From: Candidatus Alistipes avicola
Lineage (GTDB): Bacteria > Bacteroidota > Bacteroidia > Bacteroidales > Rikenellaceae
Assembly: GCA_019118565.1 (NCBI GenBank)
Contig: DWYR01000012.1
Location: forward strand, 13,323 to 77,322
DNA: 64,000 nucleotides
Direction of reading: 5' to 3'
The notes under the pieces are model-generated. The model did not search any database. It saw nothing but the letters and a program-made list of their open reading frames with translations, and was not told the origin of the DNA. A program made the translations under genes and the position numbers. This document shows positions 51,865 to 61,661 of this stretch, in pieces. Every line of letters begins with the position of its first letter. Within the stretch, counting starts at the first letter, position 1.

Positions 51865-52419
51865 CTACAGAATTCGAATGCCGGCACGAACGCTCTGCGT
51901 CGATGCTTGTTCACGACTCAAAGCATTGTCGATCACCGTTGCCGGGATCTGCAAAGACTCATAAACCATTTTATAGTCAGGGTCAGCCGTTGCTGTCAAG
52001 GTCATTGTCTCCTCGCTGGCACTTTCCAGAGAAGATATTTGCGTCGCCCCGGAGACCGTATAGGAATAAGCCCAAGCCTCTCCATCGGAATATTCGCCAT
52101 CGAGCTGCTGGTTTGCCTGATTGAACGTGTAAGTTCCGGTTATTTTCTCAAAACCATTAGAGACGACATCCTGATACATCGTAAACGTACCTACCTCTAC
52201 CGATTCCTGAGTCTGTTCCGCATCTTTCGTCAGGACCAGATAGACCTCTTTCGGGAAATCCGTGTCTTCACCACCGATCTCCCAACTGGTCATATGCCAG
52301 CCGAAAACATCTTCCTTAGGAGTAGGGGCAGGAGGCTCGTTGCCACCCTCGTCGCCACCGCAACCAACCAGAGCCACTCCGCAAAGTGCCATTGCAAGCA
52401 AACTAATTAATTTTTTCAT
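51865..52419 (-). CDS. Hypothetical lipoprotein
   Basis: The start was set at MKKLISLLAMALCGVALVGCGG (lipobox). No family was recognised. Confidence 0.75.
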   Translation of the reverse strand: MKKLISLLAMALCGVALVGCGGDEGGNEPPAPTPKEDVFGWHMTSWEIGGEDTDFPKEVYLVLTKDAEQTQESVEVGTFTMYQDVVSNGFEKITGTYTFNQANQQLDGEYSDGEAWAYSYTVSGATQISSLESASEETMTLTATADPDYKMVYESLQIPATVIDNALSREQASTQSVRAGIRIL

Positions 52420-52601
52420 ATCTTCTTTTATCAAGTTTTACCCGTCCGCAACGGGGCAGGATCATTTCACAACACGCAAATATAGGAAATTATCCGACAC
52501 GTCCAAAATTTTCCTGCAAGAATCATTCTGCGGCAGGTATCGGTCACAAAATGGCTTCCCCCCAAAAAGAGGGAATTCCCGACAGGCGGATTCGCCCCGT
52601 C

Positions 52602-53258
52602 CTATAAGATGTCCACCAGTCCGTGCTTGATGGCATAGACGACCAGGCTGGCCGTATTCTTACACCCTGTCTTCTCCAGAATATTCGCCCGGTGCTTGTC
52701 CACGGTACGCTTGGAGATGAACAACTCTTCGGCGATCTCCTGATTGGACAACCCTCGGCAGACGCAGACCAGGATCTCAATCTCCCGGGTCGACAGCAAC
52801 TCCTCGGACTCCTCCCTGTCGGAATGCACCGTCTGCATTCGACTGGCCAGCGAACGTAATAACTGCTCGCAGAAATAGGTCCCGCCTTCCCGGACAGCCT
52901 CGATCGCCCCAATCACCTCCTCGAACGGAGAATCTTTCATCAGGAACCCTTTAGCCCCGGCTTCGACCATTCTCGAATAGTAGCGTTCCTCCCCGAACAT
53001 CGAAAGAGCGATCACCTTGAGCCCCGGTTTCACGGCAAGGGAGCGTTCGGTCGTCTCCGCACCGTTGATCCCCGGCATTGAAAAGTCCATAAAGACCACC
53101 TCGTTTTCAAGTCCCGGCAACAGAGCCAAAAACTCCTCTCCGCAGGAAGCTTCGGCCACTACCCGCAAGCCCTTACGTCCTTCAATCAACCCTCGCAATC
53201 CGGTGCGGAAAAGTGAATGGTCGTCTACCAACACGATTTTACATTCCGACTCGATCAT
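52602..53258 (-). CDS. Response regulator, NarL/LuxR family (REC domain plus HTH)
   Basis: 218-aa ORF with a receiver domain (VLVDDH, MDFSMPG) and a C-terminal LuxR HTH (LSTREIEIL...GLSNQEIAEELFISKRTV). Confidence 0.92.
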   Translation of the reverse strand: MIESECKIVLVDDHSLFRTGLRGLIEGRKGLRVVAEASCGEEFLALLPGLENEVVFMDFSMPGINGAETTERSLAVKPGLKVIALSMFGEERYYSRMVEAGAKGFLMKDSPFEEVIGAIEAVREGGTYFCEQLLRSLASRMQTVHSDREESEELLSTREIEILVCVCRGLSNQEIAEELFISKRTVDKHRANILEKTGCKNTASLVVYAIKHGLVDIL

Positions 53259-54208
53259 GATTTCACCTCCCGATCAGGCCCGGTTTTCACTTGTACCTTG
53301 GCTCGCATTCCCCTTCCTTTCGCACTGGCGATATCGAAGGTCCCGTTCAACGAATTGATACGCGAAGCGATATTCGAAAGCCCCATGCCGCAATCGGTCA
53401 TCGCCTCCGGATCAAACCCCTTCCCGTTGTCCGAATAGTCGAGCGAGAGCAGGTTCCCGCTCTTGGACAGCGAAAGGTTGATCTCAGAGCATCCCGAATG
53501 TTTGAGCGAGTTGTTGATCAGCTCGCAGACGATGCGGTACATGATCACCTCAACATCGGTATCGAAACGCTCCGCACGCAGATTGGTCGTAAAGCGGATC
53601 TTCACCTCGTCCACCGAGGAGCTTCTGTTGATGAAATTCTGGATTCCGCGGGCCAACCCAAAATCGTTCAAGACTTGTGGTGAGAGATTATTCGATATTT
53701 CCCGGAGCGAACGGATCGCCTCTTCGATTACATAAGTCGTATTTCCGATGATCTCCTGCTGATCGGCAGGCAGATTTTCGCGCCGGATCGCCGACAGCGA
53801 CATCTTCGCTGAAGACAACAGCGGGCCCAATCCGTCATGCAGCTCTTTCGAGAAGTGCGAACGAGACTTCTCCTCGGTACGCAGGACTGCTGTCAGAATC
53901 CGTTTGTTAAGCAACTGTCGCTGACGGTTTAACCGCGCGATGTATCTGAAAAGTTTGTGGGCATACATCACGCCGATCGACATACTGATCGAGATGCCGA
54001 GCCCCAACCAAACGAAGACCTCATAAGGCAATGCCTGTCCGCTGGCCCGCATCAACTGCACGATCCGCTCTACCGAGAGCAGTGTGAATCCGATGACGAA
54101 CAAAATCCATATCGAATTATATTTGGTCGTCCGGATCAATCGAACGGCAAAGACCATAGCGACCATCTGAATGGCAATAGCAACGATCAGCAAAATCTTA
54201 ATCCACAT
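53255..54208 (-). CDS. Sensor histidine kinase (HisKA_3 / NarX-DesK type) with about 3 N-terminal TM helices
   Basis: 317-aa ORF with an H-box (FSKELHDGLGPLLS) and an ATPase domain (DNGKGF, GMGLSNI). It has a 4-nt overlap with the regulator gene. Confidence 0.9.
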   Translation of the reverse strand: MWIKILLIVAIAIQMVAMVFAVRLIRTTKYNSIWILFVIGFTLLSVERIVQLMRASGQALPYEVFVWLGLGISISMSIGVMYAHKLFRYIARLNRQRQLLNKRILTAVLRTEEKSRSHFSKELHDGLGPLLSSAKMSLSAIRRENLPADQQEIIGNTTYVIEEAIRSLREISNNLSPQVLNDFGLARGIQNFINRSSSVDEVKIRFTTNLRAERFDTDVEVIMYRIVCELINNSLKHSGCSEINLSLSKSGNLLSLDYSDNGKGFDPEAMTDCGMGLSNIASRINSLNGTFDIASAKGRGMRAKVQVKTGPDREVKS

Positions 54209-54325
54209 AAGGCATCTGTTTTAGGATTACAGGCTGCTCCGTGCGGGATCACCCGCGCGGGATGAGTCCCGGTTCGCCCCCCTCTCCACGGGAAACGCGG
54301 CGGCGCATATACAAATATAATGGAT

Positions 54326-55096
54326 TTATTTGAAAATCCGCTCCAACATCGGCATTCGCGTATAATCGGTCATATCGGTCTGTACGGGGACAACGGCCAC
54401 ATATCCGTTGGCTAAAGCCCACTCATCCGTATCGGTAGACTCCGGTTCGCCGTTTACGAAAGCACCCGTCAACCAGAAGTACTCCCTTCCGCGCGGATCC
54501 TCTCTCCGGAAGAAGTCTTCGCGCCAATACCCCTTGTTCTGGCGGCAAATACGAATTCCCCGAATCTGCTCCGGACGGCCCTTCGGGATATTCACATTCA
54601 GGCAGAGCGGCAACTCGACCGGCGTGGAGATTACCGAACGAATGATCTGCTCACTGACAATCTTCGAGGCATCGAAATCCGCATTCAGGCTATGGTCGTC
54701 CAGCGAAAGTCCGATCGCGGGACAATCATAGAAGCTGCACTCGATCGCAGCCCCCATCGTTCCCGAATAGAGGATGTTGGCCGCCGAATTCGAGCCGTGG
54801 TTGATTCCCGAGATCGCCAAATCGACCTTTTGTCCCCTCAGGAAGTAATCGAACGCGAACTTCACACAATCCACCGGCGTACCGGAGAAGGAGTAGACCT
54901 CCACCCCGTCCTCCTTGAACTTCTCTTTCATGAAAAGCGGGTTATTCATCGTGATCGCCTGGCTCATACCGCTCTGAGGAGTCTCCGGAGCGATGGCAAC
55001 GACCCGACCGAAACGTCGAGCCACCTCGATCAACGCCTGAATTCCTTTCGAATTGTAACCGTCATCATTGGTTACGAATATCAATTTATCCTTCAT
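54326..55096 (-). CDS. surE: 5'/3'-nucleotidase SurE
   Basis: 256-aa ORF with motifs VTNDDGYNSKGI, GINHGSN and YSGTMGAA. Confidence 0.95.
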   Translation of the reverse strand: MKDKLIFVTNDDGYNSKGIQALIEVARRFGRVVAIAPETPQSGMSQAITMNNPLFMKEKFKEDGVEVYSFSGTPVDCVKFAFDYFLRGQKVDLAISGINHGSNSAANILYSGTMGAAIECSFYDCPAIGLSLDDHSLNADFDASKIVSEQIIRSVISTPVELPLCLNVNIPKGRPEQIRGIRICRQNKGYWREDFFRREDPRGREYFWLTGAFVNGEPESTDTDEWALANGYVAVVPVQTDMTDYTRMPMLERIFK

Positions 55097-55334
55097 TTTT
55101 TCATCTTTTTATAATTCGGATCCCGTCCAAGCGGGACAATCCAACCCGTCCGACTTAGAGACAAAGATACGACCATTTTTTCATCCACGAAAAAAATACA
55201 AACTTCACGACGCTTTCGTCATTGCCATGTAACCGTCTGCTCCAATTTCCCGACTGGACTGACAACGAACGAAGTGTCACGGGAATAAAACGCCGTTTTT
55301 TCGGGAATCTGTTGCCGGCAAGCAAAAAAATTTG

Positions 55335-55342
55335 TATGTTTG
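55335..55342 (+). promoter_or_regulatory. -7 box TATGTTTG for rplS, implying a ~145-nt 5' UTR
   Basis: TAnnTTTG match preceded by TTTG. No closer promoter-like box was seen before the ATG at 55496. Confidence 0.45.
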
Positions 55343-55495
55343 CAGTCCGTATCAACCTCTTACATTGGGTGTCGGGGCAAAAGCAGACAGTCTAAACGGC
55401 TGATTCTTGCAGGATTGCATGGCAATGACCGTGCATGGTAGGCCGGATGCAGCGGTAATGTTGAACGTAGGAATCATCAAACAATTGTTGCAACA

Positions 55496-55864
55496 ATGAA
55501 CAAGGATGCATTAATCCGGCTCGTTAACGAGCAGATGTGGACCAAGACGGATGTTCCGTCGTTCCAGGCCGGTGACACGATCACCGTTACGTACAAAATC
55601 CTCGAGGGTAACAAGGAGCGTTTGCAGAGCTTCCGTGGTGTAGTTATCCAGATCAAGGGTACGGGCAAGACCAAGATGTTTACGATCCGCAAGATTTCGA
55701 ACGGCGTAGGCGTTGAGCGTATCTTCCCCCTCTACTCTCCCCACATCGACAGCATCGAGGTGAACAAGTACGGCGTGGTTCGTCGCAAGCGTATCTACTA
55801 CCTGCGCGACCTTACGGGAAAGAAAGCCCGCATCAAGGAGAAACGAGTACTCGCTACGAAGTAA
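55496..55864 (+). CDS. rplS: 50S ribosomal protein L19
   Basis: 122-aa ORF with motifs [15 protein letters not shown] and [12 protein letters not shown]-like. Confidence 0.95.
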   Translation: MNKDALIRLVNEQMWTKTDVPSFQAGDTITVTYKILEGNKERLQSFRGVVIQIKGTGKTKMFTIRKISNGVGVERIFPLYSPHIDSIEVNKYGVVRRKRIYYLRDLTGKKARIKEKRVLATK

Positions 55865-55885
55865 TCTCCTCGCTATTCAGGCAAG

Positions 55886-55919
55886 AAAAAAGGATCCGCA
55901 CAATTGCGGATCCTTTTTT
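55886..55919. terminator. Bidirectional terminator after rplS
   Basis: A6-AGGATCCGCA-CAAT-TGCGGATCCT-T5. Confidence 0.8.
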
Positions 55920-55938
55920 GTTTAATAGCCTCAAAAAA

Positions 55939-56679
55939 TTACTGCGGTTTTGCAAACATCTCGTCGGTAGTCGGATAATCCAAATCGAACTCCGTAATTT
56001 CAATCGAAGAGACTTCGACTCCATTCACATAGACCTTCATTTTTGAGGGATAGCGAACCCCATCCTCTTCCTTATAGTTGTCCATAACCGTCTTTGTCGA
56101 TACGGATTCTCCTCCTTCGACAATATCCATATCGATAAAAGCGATCAGTCCCGTTTCATGGTCGAAATAGCCGACCATCTTTTCGATCGTTTCCGGTATT
56201 TGCACCCCCTCTTTGACTTTGAATTCGACCACATCGTATTGACGGCCATCCTTTGTTACCGGGTCAAGCAGCAGCAAATCATACTCGTTCTTATCCCATT
56301 TCATACTGGAGAAGATATCGTTCTGCTGCCGGATCTGCGCAACCTGCTCTTTCGGGAGAGGCTGGACTCCCTGCCCAGGGACCGAAATCCATCCCTCATC
56401 CCCATGTACGATCATCTCCACGGACATCCCCATCATATTCATCTCGGTTTTCATCTTGTCGGGATACTTCATCACGGAGGTAATCGGAAGGGTCATGCCG
56501 CCAGCCGTTACCGACATCGACATCTTCAGACTCTGACTCTTCACGTCGAACTGGTCAATTCCGGCCGCCTTGTACGAACGTTCGATCACCTCTTCAGCCG
56601 TCTGTCCCCATACATTGCCGCTCCACATACACGACAGCAAAACGAATAAAATGCAAATTTTTTTCATCTTGTTTAACAA
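55939..56679 (-). CDS. Secreted protein of the LolA-like / outer-membrane lipoprotein-sorting fold family (putative)
   Basis: 246-aa ORF with a signal peptide (KKICILFVLLSCMWSGNVWGQ). The family assignment is tentative. The true start may be the internal MKKI at 56667. Confidence 0.65.
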   Translation of the reverse strand: MLNKMKKICILFVLLSCMWSGNVWGQTAEEVIERSYKAAGIDQFDVKSQSLKMSMSVTAGGMTLPITSVMKYPDKMKTEMNMMGMSVEMIVHGDEGWISVPGQGVQPLPKEQVAQIRQQNDIFSSMKWDKNEYDLLLLDPVTKDGRQYDVVEFKVKEGVQIPETIEKMVGYFDHETGLIAFIDMDIVEGGESVSTKTVMDNYKEEDGVRYPSKMKVYVNGVEVSSIEITEFDLDYPTTDEMFAKPQ

Positions 56680-56899
56680 TATAAATGATAAAATTCAGAT
56701 CAAAGATAGGAATTTTCGTTATTCCGCCAACACACAGGTTCTCTCTTTTAGGGGATCGGACCTCCGCCACCTCGATTTGCGAAATTGAGAAATATCATTA
56801 AATTTGTACGGCTTTTATTCCACGGGAAAGCAGGAAACCGTTTTCCCGCTCCAGCCCCAATAAAAACGATACAAATATTCATAAAAAACCGAACACGCC

Positions 56900-58120
56900 A
56901 TGCCCAACATTTCAGAACGCGCGGTTTTACTGCCGGCCTCTCCGATCCGCAAGCTCGTGCCTTATGCCAATGAGGCCGAAGCCCGAGGAATCAAAATTTA
57001 TCACCTCAACATCGGTCAACCCGACCTCGAAACGCCCGAAGTCGGTCTGGAAGCACTCAAGCACATCGACCGCAAGATTCTCGAATACAGCCCGAGCGAA
57101 GGCTACGCTTCGTACCGGAACAAGTTGGTCGGTTATTACAAAACCTTCGGGCTTGAACTCTCTCCGGAAAATATCATCGTCACATCGGGCGGTTCGGAGG
57201 CGCTGCAATTCGCCTTCATGACCTGTCTGAATCCCGGCGACGAAGTAATCGTGATGGAACCGACCTATGCCAATTATATGTCGTTTGCGCTACAGGCCGG
57301 CATCGTCGTTCGTCCGATCAAAACCCATATCGAAGACGGATTCGCACTGCCTGATATCGAAGAGTTCGAGGCACTGATCAACGAGAAGACCAAGGCAATC
57401 CTGATCTGCAACCCGAACAACCCGACCGGTTATGTCTATACGAATGTCGAGATGATGCGTCTGCGCGACATCGTGAAAAAACACGACCTGTTCCTCTTCT
57501 CGGACGAAGTCTATCGCGAATTCCGCTATACGGAGGAACCCTATATGTCGGCTCTGCATCTGGAGGGAATCGAGAACAACGTGATCCTGATCGACTCCGT
57601 ATCGAAGCGTTATTCCGAGTGCGGTATCCGTATCGGCGCAGTCATCACGCGCAATATGGAGATTCACAACGCCATGATGAAACTGGCTCAGGCCCGTCTG
57701 AGTCCCCCGCTGCTGGGACAGATCGTTGCCGAGGCCTCGATCGATGCACCCGCATCCTACTTGCAGAACACCTATGACGAATATATCGCCCGCCGCAACT
57801 TCCTGATCGACGGACTGAACCAGATTCCAGGTGTCTACTCGCCGATTCCGAACGGGGCCTTCTATACGATGGTCCGCCTGCCGATCGACGACTGCGACAA
57901 ATTCTGCGAGTGGCTTCTCCGCGTATTCAACTTCGAGGGTGAGACGGTCATGTTCGCTCCCGGTTCGGGATTCTACACCAACCACGAAGACGGACGCAAC
58001 GAGGTCCGCATGGCCTACGTGCTGAAACGCGAAGATTTGGCCCGTGCCCTCTTCCTGCTCCGGAAAGCACTCGAACAATACCCCGGATGTACGATCAAGA
58101 CGGTCGAGCCAATGGAATAA
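56900..58120 (+). CDS. Class I/II PLP-dependent aminotransferase (aspartate/aromatic aminotransferase-like)
   Basis: 406-aa ORF with motifs SPIRKL, NPNNPTG and SVSKRY (PLP lysine). Confidence 0.88.
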   Translation: MPNISERAVLLPASPIRKLVPYANEAEARGIKIYHLNIGQPDLETPEVGLEALKHIDRKILEYSPSEGYASYRNKLVGYYKTFGLELSPENIIVTSGGSEALQFAFMTCLNPGDEVIVMEPTYANYMSFALQAGIVVRPIKTHIEDGFALPDIEEFEALINEKTKAILICNPNNPTGYVYTNVEMMRLRDIVKKHDLFLFSDEVYREFRYTEEPYMSALHLEGIENNVILIDSVSKRYSECGIRIGAVITRNMEIHNAMMKLAQARLSPPLLGQIVAEASIDAPASYLQNTYDEYIARRNFLIDGLNQIPGVYSPIPNGAFYTMVRLPIDDCDKFCEWLLRVFNFEGETVMFAPGSGFYTNHEDGRNEVRMAYVLKREDLARALFLLRKALEQYPGCTIKTVEPME

Positions 58121-58131
58121 CGGATCAAACT

Positions 58132-58171
58132 AAAAAAAAGAGGCGGGACCCACCAAGGCCCCGCCTCTTTT
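58132..58171. terminator. Bidirectional terminator between the aminotransferase gene and tyrA
   Basis: A8-GAGGCGGG-loop-CCCGCCTC-TTTT. Confidence 0.7.
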
Positions 58172-58214
58172 ATCGACTTCGCAGTCGATCCACTTCTATC
58201 CTAACTTCCCTAAC

Positions 58215-59000
58215 CTATTCCAGATTCCGTCTGACACCATCCAGAAAACATTTCATTTCGGCACTGTCTTTCTTCTCTACGATCGTGCGCAGGCGGGTCA
58301 GTTCGTCGATGATCTTTTCCAACTGAGCCGGTGTATTGGGGTTGAACAAAATCTCGGTCAGCAGGTAATCATCCTCCGAAAGCAATCCCCTGGCAATCGC
58401 CATGTGTTTCTTGAAGGTTGTACCCGGCGCATCCTGGTGTTTCATGATGGAGGCGAATACGAGGGTCGAGGCGAAGGGGATGGAGAGCGAGTAAGCCACC
58501 ACCTCGTCGTGTCCCTCGAACGTGTATTCGCAGATATTCAACTTAAGGGTATTGAAGAGGTCCTTGAAGAAGACCTTGCCCAGGTAATCGGACTCCTTGA
58601 TAATGATAGCATTCTCGGTCTGCAGGTTGCCCAGGTTGGCAAACGTAGGGCCAAACATGGGGTGCGTCGAGACAAAGCGGAATCCGCACTCCTGATAGAA
58701 CTCCTTGAGACCCGTTTTGACCGAAGCGATGTCGGCCAGGATACAGGTCTGAGGAAGGTATGGTATCACATCCCGGAACGCCTGAATGGTATAGTTGAGC
58801 GTCACGCAGTTAATGACCATATCGGGAGCGAACTCCTCCACCTGCTTGTAATCCGTAAACCGGAGTGCGTTGTAGATAAAACGCATCCGTTCGGGATTCG
58901 TCTCCAGAACCGCAACATTGTGGTTGAAACTGAGCAAATCGGTAAAGAAAGATCCCATCTTGCCGGCTCCCAGAATCAATATCTTCATTTTCTTTTCCAT
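58215..59000 (-). CDS. tyrA: Prephenate dehydrogenase
   Basis: Rossmann motif MKILILGAGKMGSFF and a prephenate dehydrogenase-like core (VSTHPMFGP). The start was taken at the ATG at 59000; the ATG at 58988 is an alternative. Confidence 0.85.
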   Translation of the reverse strand: MEKKMKILILGAGKMGSFFTDLLSFNHNVAVLETNPERMRFIYNALRFTDYKQVEEFAPDMVINCVTLNYTIQAFRDVIPYLPQTCILADIASVKTGLKEFYQECGFRFVSTHPMFGPTFANLGNLQTENAIIIKESDYLGKVFFKDLFNTLKLNICEYTFEGHDEVVAYSLSIPFASTLVFASIMKHQDAPGTTFKKHMAIARGLLSEDDYLLTEILFNPNTPAQLEKIIDELTRLRTIVEKKDSAEMKCFLDGVRRNLE

Positions 59001-59099
59001 GATCGTATCTATTTCTCCTTTTTTTACGGGGCCGACGCAGGCAGGCACCTGAACCGCATCGACCTCTCTCCCTTTAATTTCGTTCGATTCCTTTTACGA

Positions 59100-60170
59100 C
59101 TACTTCATAACCTCCATCTGTACCTTGACGGACTCCTCGTGAATGGCTTTCATGATATTAGTCACGAAATCGGTGGAAAGGCCCATATTTTGTCCCTTCT
59201 TTGCACGATTCTCCAGAATGTCGTTGTAACGTCCCGTCTGTAGAATCGGCATATTGTTCTCCTTCTTGTAGGCACCGATCTCTTTCGAAACCTTCATTCG
59301 CGTTGCGAGCAGGCTGAGCAACTGATCGTCGATCTCGTCGATCTGCCGACGCAACGCCCCGATGTTTTCCGAAGTCTGCGTATTGTCGCGAACGACCAGC
59401 ATCTTGAGCACGTAATCCAATACGTCGGGGGTTATCTGCTGTGCGGCATCGCTCAACGCACAATCGGGATTGCAGTGCGACTCGATGATCAATCCCTCGA
59501 ACTTCAGGTCGAGCGCCTGCTGAGCCAGCGGGGCAACCAGTTCACGCTTTCCGCCGATATGACTGGGGTCGCAGAAAATGGTGAGCTCCGGGTAGCGCCG
59601 TTTCAATTCGATGGGAATGTGCCAGAGCGGTGCATTGCGGTAGATCTTCTTCTCGTACGAGCTGAATCCCCGATGGATGACACCCATCTGTCGGATACCG
59701 GCTCCGTACAGACGCTCGAGCGCGCCGACCCACAGTTCCAGGTCGGGATTCACCGGATTCTTCACCAGGATCGGAATATCGACCCCTTTCAGGGAATCGG
59801 CCAGCTCCTGCATGGCAAACGGGTTGGTTACGGTTCGCGCTCCGATCCATAGGATGTCGATACCCGCCTTGATCGCCTCGAAAACATGGTGGGGCGTAGC
59901 CACCTCGGTTGCCGTAAGCATGCCGGTGCGCTGCTTCACCTCCTTCATCCAGGGAAGGCCCTCGACACCGATCCCCTCGAACCCACCCGGTTTGGTGCGG
60001 GGTTTCCAAATCCCGGCACGGAAGATCTTAACGCCGCGGGCAGCCAGCTCGGTTGCCGTATTGAGTACCTGTTCCCGGCTCTCTGCGCTGCAGGGGCCTG
60101 CAATAATTACCGGACGTTTCCCGTCTACACCGGGGAAGGTCAATTTCTCTATTTTCATCGTTGTGGACAT
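59100..60170 (-). CDS. Bifunctional 3-deoxy-7-phosphoheptulonate (DAHP) synthase / chorismate mutase
   Basis: 356-aa ORF. The N-terminal part is KDO8P/DAHP synthase I-beta-like (IIAGPCSAES, DPSH). The C-terminal ~90 aa are a chorismate mutase type II domain (LRRQIDEIDDQLLSLLATRMKVSKEIGAYK). Confidence 0.88.
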   Translation of the reverse strand: MSTTMKIEKLTFPGVDGKRPVIIAGPCSAESREQVLNTATELAARGVKIFRAGIWKPRTKPGGFEGIGVEGLPWMKEVKQRTGMLTATEVATPHHVFEAIKAGIDILWIGARTVTNPFAMQELADSLKGVDIPILVKNPVNPDLELWVGALERLYGAGIRQMGVIHRGFSSYEKKIYRNAPLWHIPIELKRRYPELTIFCDPSHIGGKRELVAPLAQQALDLKFEGLIIESHCNPDCALSDAAQQITPDVLDYVLKMLVVRDNTQTSENIGALRRQIDEIDDQLLSLLATRMKVSKEIGAYKKENNMPILQTGRYNDILENRAKKGQNMGLSTDFVTNIMKAIHEESVKVQMEVMK

Positions 60171-60204
60171 GGTTGTATTTTTTTAGCTTTTTTCAATTCG
60201 TTTA

Positions 60205-61425
60205 TTACTTATTCTCATGCAAGCCCTGCACTCGCCGCAAAGCCTCCGAGAGCATCGTTTCGTTGCAGCACAACGAGATCCGGATGTAGTCGGCCCCTTC
60301 GCTACCGAAGATGAAACCGGGGGTAATGAATACCTTTGCCTGGTGGAGCACCTCGTCGCAAACGGCCTCGCTCACACACGAAGCACCCTGCAGCGAGCCA
60401 CTCTTCTCCAATTTACCCCAGAGGAACATTCCCACCTGGTTCGGGCGCACCTTCGCACCGACCATCTCGAGGATCTCGGTTGCCAGCGCCCGTCTTTTGC
60501 GATAGACGCGCGTCATCTCCTCATACCAGCTTGCCGGAGCCTTCAGAGCCTCGACGGCCGCCAACTGCATCGGGCGGAACATACCGGAATCCATGTTGCT
60601 CTTCACGCGCAGGATCCACTGCAGGAACCGGGCATTGGTAGCCACCATACCGATTCGCCATCCCGGCATATTGAAAGTCTTGCTCATGGAGTTCAACTCG
60701 ATGCAAACCTCCTTGGCTCCCTCGACGCTGAGAATGCTCAGCGGCTTGTCGTTGAGGATAAAACTGTAAGGATTGTCGTGGCAGATGACGATGTTGTGCT
60801 TGCGGCCGAAGGCTACCAGCTTTTCGAAAAGTTCCGGTGTGGCATTGGCCCCCGTCGGCATATTCGGGTAGTTGCACCACATAAGTTTCACCCGTTTCAG
60901 ATCGATCTCACCCCGGGCATCAGCCGCCTCGATCGCCTCGAAATCGGGGAACCAGTCATTCTCCTCTTTCAGCGCGTAATTGTAGATCCGGGCACCGGCC
61001 AGACGCGATACCGACGAGTAGGTGGGATAGCCCGGATTGGGAACCAGCACGCCGTCGCCCTCGTTCAGAAAGGCCAGCGAGATATGCATGATGCCCTCCT
61101 TGCTGCCGATCAACGGCAGGATCTCATCGGCCGGATTGAGCGTAACCCCATACCATTTCTGATACCAGCGGGCGAACTCTTCGCGGAGTTCCGGAATACC
61201 CACGTAAGGCTGATAGCCGTGTACGTCGGCTCTTGCGGCGCTCTCGGTCAGCGCACGGATGGTTTCGGGCGAAGGGGGCAGATCCGGACTCCCGATTCCC
61301 AGGTTGATGACATTCTCCCCGTTGGCATTCATGCGGGCGATCTCTTTCAGTTTTACTGAAAAGTAGTACTCCTGTACGTTGTTCACCCGATCGGCGGGCG
61401 TTATCTGTAAGGGCATCTGGTTCAT
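60205..61425 (-). CDS. Class I/II PLP-dependent aminotransferase, first gene of the aromatic (Tyr-branch) operon
   Basis: 406-aa ORF with motifs INLGIGSPD, NYPNMPTG and NSMSKTF (PLP lysine). Confidence 0.88.
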   Translation of the reverse strand: MNQMPLQITPADRVNNVQEYYFSVKLKEIARMNANGENVINLGIGSPDLPPSPETIRALTESAARADVHGYQPYVGIPELREEFARWYQKWYGVTLNPADEILPLIGSKEGIMHISLAFLNEGDGVLVPNPGYPTYSSVSRLAGARIYNYALKEENDWFPDFEAIEAADARGEIDLKRVKLMWCNYPNMPTGANATPELFEKLVAFGRKHNIVICHDNPYSFILNDKPLSILSVEGAKEVCIELNSMSKTFNMPGWRIGMVATNARFLQWILRVKSNMDSGMFRPMQLAAVEALKAPASWYEEMTRVYRKRRALATEILEMVGAKVRPNQVGMFLWGKLEKSGSLQGASCVSEAVCDEVLHQAKVFITPGFIFGSEGADYIRISLCCNETMLSEALRRVQGLHENK

Positions 61426-61484
61426 TGGTTATTTGAATTTAAATTGTTGCTGCTATTGAAAAAATCTCTCTTTCGATGACGGAT

Positions 61485-61518
61485 AAAAAAAAGCTCCCGC
61501 CCTCATCAGGGCAGGAGC
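61485..61518 (-). terminator. Intrinsic terminator (attenuator) between the Tyr-rich leader and the aromatic operon
   Basis: The minus strand reads GCTCCTGCCC-TGATGA-GGGCGGGAGC-TTTTTTTT. This is a 10-bp GC-rich stem with one G-U pair and a U8 tract. It lies 59 nt upstream of the aminotransferase ATG. Confidence 0.85.
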
Positions 61519-61547
61519 CATATCATATAACAAATCATTTTCTTTTT

Positions 61548-61634
61548 CTACGATATCATATACGAACTCCCGCCCTTACTATTGCTATAATAAGAGTAAT
61601 AATAATAGGAGTAAGTATAATTCGTAAACTTCAT
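61548..61634 (-). CDS. Tyr-rich leader peptide (28 aa): MKFTNYTYSYYYYSYYSNSKGGSSYMIS
   Basis: Translated base by base on the minus strand. There are 8 Tyr codons within 11 consecutive codons, 9 Tyr overall and one Phe. The ORF is flanked by a -7 box and a terminator, upstream of the tyrA-containing operon. Confidence 0.75.
   Translation of the reverse strand: MKFTNYTYSYYYYSYYSNSKGGSSYMIS
61567..61575 (-). promoter_or_regulatory. Antiterminator segment GGGCGGGAG inside the leader ORF
   Basis: It is identical to 9 of the 10 nt of the terminator 3' arm. It can therefore form the same helix with CTCCTGCCC (61517-61509), excluding the terminator. Confidence 0.65.
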
Positions 61635-61661
61635 CTTCTTGCTTGAGATCGAAAGACGCGG

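Noticed and set aside
55480-55489. AACAATTGTT palindrome abutting the rplS start codon
   Set aside because: It is short and AT-rich, and the stem would have essentially no loop. It is probably just part of the A-rich translation initiation region typical of Bacteroidetes.
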